Positions 19,379-27,517 of a stretch of DNA of 64,000 bases are shown in pieces. Made by a program: the position numbers and the translations under genes. The notes beneath the pieces were generated by a model. That model had not been told where the DNA came from, made no database searches, and saw only the letters and a list, made by a program, of their open reading frames with translations. The stretch lies in the NCBI GenBank assembly GCA_046759445.1, contig JBHICG010000003.1, forward strand, positions 32,001-96,000. The letters run 5' to 3'. This DNA comes from Candidatus Scalinduaceae bacterium. Lineage in GTDB: Bacteria; Planctomycetota; Brocadiia; Brocadiales; Scalinduaceae. The stretch's first letter is position 1; each line of letters opens with the position of its first letter.

Positions 19379-20329
19379 ATGAAATCAGAAATTATAAGAG
19401 TCTTGATAATCGAGGACAACCCGGATAGTGCACAGCTTATTCTGGAAGAACTGACAGAGGTTAATTCTGGTAAATTTGAGCTGAAATGTGCAGAACGGCT
19501 TTCGACAGGACTGGAGTGTCTTGGAAAGGGGGATGTTGACGTTGTACTGTTGGATATGTCACTACCGGATAGTAATGGCCTTGATACACTTATTAAGGTG
19601 CGTGCGCACTCACTTGAATTGCCAATTGTGGTGTTAACCAGTTTAGATGAAGAAGAATTTGCAATTAAGGCAGTGCAAAATGGCGCGCAAGATTATCTTG
19701 TAAAGGGAAGTGTGGATGGCAATGTGCTCGTACGTTCTATACGCTACGCCATCGAAAGACACAGGATGCTTAAAGAATTGGAAGAAGTTAAATTACGTTT
19801 GGAACATCTGGCACATCATGATAGCCTTACTGGCCTGCCTAATCGACACTTGTTCTATGACCACCTGAACAAATCAGTGGCGCGCGCATACCGTCATAAA
19901 AGTATGCTGGCTGTTTTATTCCTCGACCTTGATGAATTTAAGCAAATCAATGACACGCTGGGTCACTCAAGTGGTGATCTCTTGCTACTATCAGTCTCAA
20001 AACGTCTGACAGATTGTATACGTATGAGTGATATTGTTGCTCGCCTTGGAGGAGATGAATTTACGGTGATACTTGATACTATTAATTCTGCAAATGATGC
20101 CGCTAAAGTGGCACAGAAAATTTTAAGAGAAATGTCCAAGGTGTGTGTGCTGGATGGCCAGAAATACTTTGTCTCTACCAGCATTGGGATCAGTATATAT
20201 CCAGATGACGGTTTAGATGTGGAGACTCTAGTCAAAAAAGCAGATTCTGCCATGTATAGCGCAAAGGGAAGCGGTAAAAATAACTATAAATTTTTTCTTA
20301 CGAGTTTGAATAAAGAAATTGCAACCTAA
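19379..20329 (+). CDS. Response regulator diguanylate cyclase (REC-GGDEF)
   Basis: IIEDN, VLLDMSLPD receiver. DSLTGLPNR, ARLGGDEF. Confidence 0.95.
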   Translation: MKSEIIRVLIIEDNPDSAQLILEELTEVNSGKFELKCAERLSTGLECLGKGDVDVVLLDMSLPDSNGLDTLIKVRAHSLELPIVVLTSLDEEEFAIKAVQNGAQDYLVKGSVDGNVLVRSIRYAIERHRMLKELEEVKLRLEHLAHHDSLTGLPNRHLFYDHLNKSVARAYRHKSMLAVLFLDLDEFKQINDTLGHSSGDLLLLSVSKRLTDCIRMSDIVARLGGDEFTVILDTINSANDAAKVAQKILREMSKVCVLDGQKYFVSTSIGISIYPDDGLDVETLVKKADSAMYSAKGSGKNNYKFFLTSLNKEIAT

Positions 20330-20575
20330 AATTGAGCTATTCTCTGAATTGCCTTAAGCAGGAGGTTTTTTCTCCTTATCAGGAGGATTCCAGAGTTTAT
20401 TTTCGTGTCCGCAAGGAAAGTTTTAACAATATGAGGAAAAAAGGGACATGAGTTTTCAGTAAACGAACTTCAAATCTCTCAGTTAACATGAATGTAAATT
20501 CTTACGATTAACTATAAGTTATTTAACTTAAATATCTTATAAAATTTAGAGATTATAAAAAGGTCTGATATGCTT

Positions 20576-20592
20576 TTGGCACTTTAGTTGCT
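20576..20592 (+). promoter_or_regulatory. Sigma54 promoter
   Basis: TTGGCACTTTAGTTGCT, near-perfect TGGCAC-N5-TTGC. Confidence 0.85.
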
Positions 20593-20670
20593 TTCTTTCT
20601 TAGTGTTAGTGTGAGGAAAAATTGTTTAATGGTGTAAGATTGCTACAGGGGATTATGGGAAAGTCTTACA

Positions 20671-20898
20671 ATGAAACAGTTAGCCAAACGTTCCAATAAA
20701 TACACAAAAATGAAAAGCTTGAAAAGGAAAGTTAAGGTAAGGAAGTATAATACAAGATTGACATTAATGGATTTGGTTACAATCTTTATGGATGAAGCTA
20801 ACAAAGTTTGCAAAAATAAAGATACGGCTTACATAATTGCCTTAAAATCTCTACAAGATTATATAAGCAAGCACGTTAGTAATATAAAGATAATATAG
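20671..20898 (+). CDS. Small basic hypothetical protein
   Basis: 75-aa ORF downstream of the sigma54 promoter, 11 bp before the next gene. Confidence 0.6.
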   Translation: MKQLAKRSNKYTKMKSLKRKVKVRKYNTRLTLMDLVTIFMDEANKVCKNKDTAYIIALKSLQDYISKHVSNIKII

Positions 20899-20909
20899 TA
20901 TAAGGATAG

Positions 20910-22550
20910 TTGATTATGCCAACAGTCAAATACATAAATTCATCTGGAATAAAAAATAATGAGGGCGATTCTCAAACAAATAAGACAGAGATAAAAAACT
21001 TACACTATAATATGAAGGGGATTGAAAAAATAGGTATAGCATTGAATTCAGTGTTTAAGATTGAGAAGCTTTATAAATTGATACTTGATATAACTACAGA
21101 TGTGCTGGAGGCGAATTATGCATCACTGATGATATTAGAAGGAGATAGTCTTTACATAAAGTCTTCCATACATCTTCCCAAAGAAATAATTAAACAAACC
21201 AGAGTAAGAGTAGGAGTGGGAATATCGGGATGGGTAGCCTTAAAGGGTGAACCATTAGTGGTTAAAGATATAGAGAACAACATCAAGTTTAAGAAAAGAA
21301 ATAACAAGAGGTATTTGAGTAAGTCTTTTATTTCAATGCCGATTATCCACAATAATAAGGTCTTAGGAGTAATTAACGTTAATGATAAGAATAATAATGA
21401 ATTGTTTGGTGAGGAAGATGTTGAGACGCTCAAGATAATTTTGAAATATGCTGCTATTGCCATCAGAAATGCCCATTTAATCGAGCAATCTGGAAAGCAT
21501 ACAATTATTGATAAGCTGGAAGGTTTTTACAATAATGATAAAAATAAGTTTTTGCCAGTGACTCTACAAAGTCTCAAATCTGGCCCATTTAGCACAAACG
21601 AATTGTATTTACATAGTCAAAATAATGGGAAGAATAATTATGTACTGTATTGGAAAGGTGGCGATAGCTTGTTTGTTAATGAGAAAAGGGAGGAATTTGT
21701 AAGAAGGAATATTAACAGACTTTTTGTTCCCAAGAATGGTAGAAAACAATATTTGCGATTTATGGAAACAAATCTTGAAAGAATTGTCGAGGATAATGAT
21801 GTTGGCCTAAAAGAAAAATATCACATAGTCAATAACGTTGCTATTAACATCGCTAATGATGTTAGTACTGCACCTGATGGAGTATGTAACATAGAAAGGT
21901 CGAAGCATTGGGTATGTCTCATGGCAGATTTCATTTTTAACAGCCAAGATAATTTTTTGGCCCTGGTTGGAGTTATGAGTCACAATGGGAATTCCTTCGA
22001 ACATTTCATAAATGATGCAATGTTAGGTTTAATTTTTGTAAATCATCTTGGTTTGAGCCTTGATGAATCAAAAAAATTAGGTTTGGGTCTATTTCTTCAA
22101 GATATCGGTATGCGCAAGATTGACCCTTTAATAATCAACAAACCTACTAGATTGAGTAAAGATGAGTTTATTATTGTGAAAAAGCATCCAGAGATAGGTT
22201 TCCAGACATTACAGGATACAGGAAAGATTGCAATTGAATCATATCTGCTTGCCCTGAACCATCATGAAAACTTTGACGGTAGCGGTTATCCGTATGGTTT
22301 GAAAGGGGTTGATATTGATTATAATTGTAGAATATCCCGGATTATCGACGTATATAATGCGCTTACGTTTAACAGACCATATGCAAGTGCAAACAGTCCT
22401 GATAAAGCATGCATGATAATGAGAGATGTTATGAAAGGGGCTTTTGATACGGATGTATTAGATAGTTTTATAGATTTTTTGAGATCAGTTCAGGTTACAA
22501 CAAACACTACTTCGTCTAACAGGCCAATCAAAAAGGTTTCTTACTGCTAA
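20910..22550 (+). CDS. GAF plus degenerate HD-GYP protein
   Basis: GAF motif GISGWVA..GEP, GVINVNDK. FLQDIG in place of LLHD. HHENFDGSGYP retained. Confidence 0.88.
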   Translation: MIMPTVKYINSSGIKNNEGDSQTNKTEIKNLHYNMKGIEKIGIALNSVFKIEKLYKLILDITTDVLEANYASLMILEGDSLYIKSSIHLPKEIIKQTRVRVGVGISGWVALKGEPLVVKDIENNIKFKKRNNKRYLSKSFISMPIIHNNKVLGVINVNDKNNNELFGEEDVETLKIILKYAAIAIRNAHLIEQSGKHTIIDKLEGFYNNDKNKFLPVTLQSLKSGPFSTNELYLHSQNNGKNNYVLYWKGGDSLFVNEKREEFVRRNINRLFVPKNGRKQYLRFMETNLERIVEDNDVGLKEKYHIVNNVAINIANDVSTAPDGVCNIERSKHWVCLMADFIFNSQDNFLALVGVMSHNGNSFEHFINDAMLGLIFVNHLGLSLDESKKLGLGLFLQDIGMRKIDPLIINKPTRLSKDEFIIVKKHPEIGFQTLQDTGKIAIESYLLALNHHENFDGSGYPYGLKGVDIDYNCRISRIIDVYNALTFNRPYASANSPDKACMIMRDVMKGAFDTDVLDSFIDFLRSVQVTTNTTSSNRPIKKVSYC

Positions 22551-22564
22551 GATTTATTATACAA

Positions 22565-23827
22565 TCACGTTTGATGTCCTAACATCGTTATAAAGTCCCT
22601 CACTATTTTCTCATCATAATCTTCCTTTATTTCAGACATTAACTGTAGCGCCTCAAAAGGCTTATAGGCTTTTCTGTAAGGCCGTGTAGTTGTTAGGGCA
22701 TCAAAAAAATCTACAATTGCCGCAATGCGACCAAAAAGATGAATTTGTTCACCTTTTAATTTGTATGGATATCCTTTGCCGGATATTTTTTCATGGTGCT
22801 GTAGAATAGGTATATAAGCATTTTTTGAAATCTTGTTATTACTGTTTTCCAATAACATCTTTCCTGCAATAACGTGATTTTTTACATTATCATATTCATC
22901 TTTAGTTAGCTTGCCAGGTTTATTAAGGATGTATGGGTCTATCGAACTCTTACCAATGTCATGTAAAAGCGCTCCCAATCCCAGTTCTGTTATTTCTGGA
23001 TATCTTTTCAGATTAAGCGCTGTTCCTAATCCAATACTGATGGTACAGACATTTAATGAATGTGTGTATGTGTAATAATCGTGCGAAGTAATTTTTAGCA
23101 GATTGTAAAAGTTGTTTTCGTTGTTCAGTATAGTGTCAACCAACGTTTCTACAACAGCGCTTGATTTTTGAATATTCTCTCCATTTCTGGGATCATCAAG
23201 AACTTCCTTGACAATTAGTTTGGAATTTTCCTGAATAATACTGCATTGTAGTTCCTGTGGCAATTCTTTATCTTTTGAATATTCCCGTGTAAAATTCTCT
23301 AAGTATGTTTTATATAAAGGTAGATCTGAATTCTGGATCACGATTGGCAAGATGTTTTTTTGAATGTCCTCTGGTACAGCGTCTGGTTTATCATTTTGAC
23401 TTTCGGGTCCAAAAAACAGTTTAGTATCAAAATCATTTATTTCATAAACGTTGAAATCGACTTTAGAACCTGGAATGAGGGTCTTTGTTCCAATAGGGTA
23501 ATAATCTGAATGTAATTTATAATGTTTTTCTACATTTTCTGGTTTGTCAAACGGGGAAGCAAAATCTTTTTTTGTTAAATCGAAGTCGTCATTTTCTTGA
23601 TGAGTATGGAAGTAATCTTCAAATGCTCCCATCTCATCTTCTGAAACGAAGATAGTGCGTATTTTATTATCGATGAGTCTGTTTAGGGTCTCTTCTGTGA
23701 AGGGGTGGCTTTTCTTACGAAATAAAATAATACGGTGGTCTTTTGGCTGAATAAATATATTGAAATTTGGTATCGTATTGACCTTTAAATTTTCTGTAGA
23801 AACAGATATGTATTTTTCTTCGCTCAT
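22565..23827 (-). CDS. HD-GYP phosphodiesterase with duplicated N-terminal module
   Basis: HSLNV, LLHDIGK, HHEKISGKGYP, RPY. Confidence 0.92.
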   Translation of the reverse strand: MSEEKYISVSTENLKVNTIPNFNIFIQPKDHRIILFRKKSHPFTEETLNRLIDNKIRTIFVSEDEMGAFEDYFHTHQENDDFDLTKKDFASPFDKPENVEKHYKLHSDYYPIGTKTLIPGSKVDFNVYEINDFDTKLFFGPESQNDKPDAVPEDIQKNILPIVIQNSDLPLYKTYLENFTREYSKDKELPQELQCSIIQENSKLIVKEVLDDPRNGENIQKSSAVVETLVDTILNNENNFYNLLKITSHDYYTYTHSLNVCTISIGLGTALNLKRYPEITELGLGALLHDIGKSSIDPYILNKPGKLTKDEYDNVKNHVIAGKMLLENSNNKISKNAYIPILQHHEKISGKGYPYKLKGEQIHLFGRIAAIVDFFDALTTTRPYRKAYKPFEALQLMSEIKEDYDEKIVRDFITMLGHQT

Positions 23828-25068
23828 AACAGTTTTTGTTCCAATTGTTCCTTTAATATACGTCTAGGCTTATGACAATATGCATCGATTCCGTTCTCTC
23901 GGGTAAATTTCTTCACAAGATATCCTCTCTTATTCTTAAACATCTTGGCTTGCATCAAAATCTTCTCTTCTGCTTCCTGATGACTCATTTCCATAGTCTG
24001 TCTGTAAAAAGATGCAACCCTTGCAAAATAAAGAGGTTTCAGGGCCTCTACCACGTCTTCTTTATTCTCCGATACCTCGTATGCAAAGATAAAGTCGTAG
24101 AGTTTCTTTGCCCAAAGTTCTGATCCGATGTTCCATCTCTTTGCCAAATACATTTTCTTGGTTATATGGTAATGGGATGGTGAAAGGATGTTTAAGATCA
24201 TCTTATCCATCCTTGAAAACGCATCAAAGCTTACTTTTTTGAGGTACTTATAGTCGACAGAAAGGCTCTGTGGTTCTTCATAACTTAAATCACCCAGGAT
24301 AGGACACTCTTTATTACTATTCCCATGCATCCATGTTTCCCTAAACCTTGAGATGTTGGAAAAGAGAGTTGTTACAACCTGAGTAAACATAGATCCCAAC
24401 TTTGGTGCACTTGGCTTATGGACCTTAGACCCCAATAAGACTTGACAAACCCTGAATCCATTTAAGAGGGCTGAAGTAGTCATAAATATGTCTATACCAT
24501 ATTGTCGGGTATTCCTTTCCCATGCCATTCTAAGCCAGTAGCTTGCCGTCCTTGGTGAGAAAGAGAAATCACCGCCTATAGGCTGTCTGATGTTTGCCTT
24601 GAAGATTGAGTATATCAACGGATAGGTTATGTGGTTTGTTATAGTGCCGTCATATTCGTTTCTTGTGTATATGGGTGTTACGAAGTCATATCCCTCCAAA
24701 ATAGGTGTAGCAAGGGTTTTAACCCATTCAGGGTTGATACTCTTTAGATCAGCATCTACAACTATTACGGATTTTGCCTTTAGTTGCACAACCTCTATAA
24801 GCAGATTCCTTATATTGTTTCCCTTGCCTATCGCAGCTTCACCTGTGCTGATATACTTCTTTGGTATGTTTCCTGTTTCGGCACCCAGAAAAGCTTCCTT
24901 TGTTCCATCCTTAGAATTGTTATCAACATTGATAATTATGGCAGAGTTGGTTGGGAAGTATGTCTTTAACCCTAATGCCAATTGACGGGTAACAAATGCA
25001 ATATTGTCTGCTTCGTTCAGTGATGGTATGCCAATAACAATGTCTGCCTCTTTGCATATTTTGCCCAT
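23824..25068 (-). CDS. Glucosylglycerate/mannosylglycerate synthase-like GT-A glycosyltransferase
   Basis: IGIPSLNEA, GKG, DADL, DGTITN, IRQPIGGDF, YGIDI, KVH motifs. Confidence 0.8.
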   Translation of the reverse strand: MGKICKEADIVIGIPSLNEADNIAFVTRQLALGLKTYFPTNSAIIINVDNNSKDGTKEAFLGAETGNIPKKYISTGEAAIGKGNNIRNLLIEVVQLKAKSVIVVDADLKSINPEWVKTLATPILEGYDFVTPIYTRNEYDGTITNHITYPLIYSIFKANIRQPIGGDFSFSPRTASYWLRMAWERNTRQYGIDIFMTTSALLNGFRVCQVLLGSKVHKPSAPKLGSMFTQVVTTLFSNISRFRETWMHGNSNKECPILGDLSYEEPQSLSVDYKYLKKVSFDAFSRMDKMILNILSPSHYHITKKMYLAKRWNIGSELWAKKLYDFIFAYEVSENKEDVVEALKPLYFARVASFYRQTMEMSHQEAEEKILMQAKMFKNKRGYLVKKFTRENGIDAYCHKPRRILKEQLEQKLL

Positions 25069-25087
25069 AGTATTTTCCTTATCTTTA

Positions 25088-25114
25088 TTATCGTCTTTAT
25101 GAGCCTGGGCTTAA
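25088..25114 (-). promoter_or_regulatory. Candidate sigma28 promoter for the GT/HD-GYP pair
   Basis: Minus strand TTAA-N15-GACGATAA. Confidence 0.5.
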
Positions 25115-25273
25115 GCTTAAATTATGTAAATAGTTACATATTTTTTAATGAAAAACATGTTTCCGGTCTTTCTTTGATACGGCAAGCATAAAAAGATAGT
25201 GTTTCAAAAAAACCTTCACTTTCATATAATTACACGATTTTTTTTGTTTTTCTTAATGTTTTCTATCTTGAAC

Positions 25274-25537
25274 TCATCCGTTCATCCTCATTCTCATTCC
25301 TTGATGATGTTCTGCTGTGTGCCGTGATTTGGCTGTTTTCTTTCTTCGTTCTTTAGCCCTATTTGATAAATGTTTTTCTAAATTTTTTAAGTATTTATTG
25401 TAAAGTATCTTATCATTGTAGTTAGAGCACTTTGAGTGGTGCCATCTTGCATGTGGGTCTTCGTAAACGGCACAACGGTTATCTAAATTTAGGATACAAC
25501 CGTAACATTTTCTTGTAGGTTTACCATTTCTATTCAT
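25274..25537 (-). CDS. Small Cys/His-rich hypothetical protein
   Basis: CxxC...C...HH..C motif. AAAGGA upstream of the ATG. Confidence 0.65.
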   Translation of the reverse strand: MNRNGKPTRKCYGCILNLDNRCAVYEDPHARWHHSKCSNYNDKILYNKYLKNLEKHLSNRAKERRKKTAKSRHTAEHHQGMRMRMNG

Positions 25538-26147
25538 GTTAATTCCTTTCTTACTAATATCAAGCTAACTTTGCGACTAAACTTAGTAGATTCCTTTTTC
25601 CCATTTTCCCCCCTTTCTGTTAGTATCCTTTTAATGATTATGCCATATATTCCTTATACTCAAATCATAATAAACTTTTTGTTATTATTTTAGTACACAA
25701 CTACTGTACCAAAGTTAATAGTTTGAAAAGAAAAACTGTAATGTATCATTAATATTACACTTGAGAATATATCTTAAGGGATTGGATGAAGAAGGAAAAA
25801 CCTTTTTAAGTTAAAAATGTTTACAAAAATCAACATCGGGTTTCAAAGAAACTCAGTTTTCCCGTAAGTATTTATTCTGTATGAAATAAGATGTGTTTGT
25901 TTTTTTGTAGTTATTTTCAACAAGAGTTGAAAATAAATTTAGTTTCTTCTTGGTAGACTCTAGAAATTTCAACAAGTATTGTAAGAATATTAGTCAAGCT
26001 GATATGGACTATAGATCAATAGAGTGCGGAGTGAGGATTGCAAACGTTATCAATGTTTGTTCTGGTTTATGAAAAAATAGTTCTCAACCAAATTTTGTTT
26101 TCGTTAAATTCTGAAAGGTAAAGGTTTATTGCGAATTTATTACTTAC

Positions 26148-26615
26148 TTATTGGACTACATCAATAAAACTTGGAGGGCGAATTGCTTGCATTCTTGATG
26201 ATTTTAGCTTTCTTCTTCTTTTGCTAAGGTTGCTTGCTTTTAATTTTATGTCATCTATTAATGAAGATAATGCTTTTATGCTGTCTTGGTCGTAGTTCAC
26301 TAAATTAGTGATTATGGAATATATTTGTCTTAGAAGAGACGTAATTCTGTTATCTCTAGTAAGTATTAGGGGATTCAACATAATTTCTTCCTGTAGTTTT
26401 ATGTTAAGTTTCTCCAAACGTTTGATATCCTTAATATGGTTTTCCTTTTCCGTTATTAGTAAATTTAATTCTTTTATATTATCGGATTTTATTGCTTCTT
26501 CCTGTTTTTTTGTTAGATATGATACCTTTTTGTAACATTCTAACATTCTTTTTAAGCAGGAGATTATTTCTTCATTTTCCATTTCTGTTCTTTCTATAAT
26601 CCTCAATCCGATCAC
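26148..26615 (-). CDS. FliT/FlgN-like flagellar chaperone
   Basis: Helical, L...Q..AI.....EL..LI.EK pattern, FIDV C-terminus. Follows fliD-fliS. Confidence 0.65.
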   Translation of the reverse strand: MIGLRIIERTEMENEEIISCLKRMLECYKKVSYLTKKQEEAIKSDNIKELNLLITEKENHIKDIKRLEKLNIKLQEEIMLNPLILTRDNRITSLLRQIYSIITNLVNYDQDSIKALSSLIDDIKLKASNLSKRRRKLKSSRMQAIRPPSFIDVVQ

Positions 26616-26744
26616 AAATCCAAAATATGAAATTATGGAAGGTGTGCCATTCTATCGAATGCCCTTAAGCCTTCCGCTACGGGTCAGCATAGACTTCGTT
26701 TTGCGCAGCAAAACGCCATAAATTAGCGAACAACTGGAACTAAT

Positions 26745-27170
26745 TCATCCAGATAAATCAATCTCTATTTTGGTATTATCAGTATTGTTGTATTCCACCT
26801 TTGGGTTGTTCCTTATACTATCCCATGAATTTCTTAATTCTGATAAAATCCCTTTTGCATTATCTAATGCTTTTGTGTTCAAATTCATTTCTGCATCGGT
26901 TATCTCGTGTATGACAAAGTCATATAATTGTGATAGTCGCGAAGCTATCTCTCCCCCTTTATCCTTGTCAAGTGATGCCAACAGCTCAAATACGATATTT
27001 TTTACCTTAGTTAACAAATTCCCTTTTTCTTCATATTTCTTCTCTGATATTTCTTCCTTTGCCTTTTCAATGGAGGATATTGCTCTATCATATAACATTA
27101 AAATCAGGCTTAATTGATCGGCAGTTTCAACTTGTGATTTTTTATATGAATCAGCGTTATATGTCTTCAT
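26745..27170 (-). CDS. fliS: Flagellin chaperone FliS
   Basis: Y....VETA....LILMLYD, SLD..KGGEIA..L..LY, ELR.SW. Confidence 0.96.
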   Translation of the reverse strand: MKTYNADSYKKSQVETADQLSLILMLYDRAISSIEKAKEEISEKKYEEKGNLLTKVKNIVFELLASLDKDKGGEIASRLSQLYDFVIHEITDAEMNLNTKALDNAKGILSELRNSWDSIRNNPKVEYNNTDNTKIEIDLSG

Positions 27171-27199
27171 TTATTTCCCCCAATTCTTAAGAATGACCC

Positions 27200-27483
27200 G
27201 CTTCGGGAGAGACTCCCGAAGCACAAGAGAATTTTAAAATTTATTATAATTGCATGAGTTCGGGAAATTGTTTTCCAATCCCCCCCTTCCCCCTTTGATA
27301 AAGGGGGTAATCCCCCTCAGTCCCCCTTTGGAAAAGGGGGATATAGGGGGATTTTCTTCTGCATCTGGATTACCCGTCCGAACGGCACCTGCCCGAAAGA
27401 CATGGTCGGGCGTGTGGCTGGGCGGGCAGCCGCTACAAAGGAACAGGCATCTTTCTTTTTGAAAAAAAGAAGCCTGTTCCTTT
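27200..27483. repeat. Cluster of palindromic elements between fliS and fliD
   Basis: GCTTCGGGAGAGACTCCCGAAGC, two CCCCCTTT..AAAGGGGG units, a nested CCCG...CGGG element and the hairpin CAAAGGAACAGGC...GCCTGTTCCTTTG. Confidence 0.8.
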
Positions 27484-27517
27484 GATATTCCGTGTTTTTC
27501 CGTTGTGAACTTCGTGT

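Noticed and set aside
14771..26147. c-di-GMP riboswitch near the HD-GYP/GGDEF genes
   Set aside because: No convincing GEMM-type two-hairpin motif seen by eye. An Rfam/Infernal scan would be needed to exclude it.
25540..26147. 600-bp AT-rich gap as possible ncRNA or pseudogene
   Set aside because: No stable structure or protein remnant recognised; only a 14-codon minus-strand ORF.
27250..27462. 70-aa ORF (PPLPPLIKG...SPPLEKGDIGG)
   Set aside because: It is the translation of stacked palindromic repeats, not a gene.
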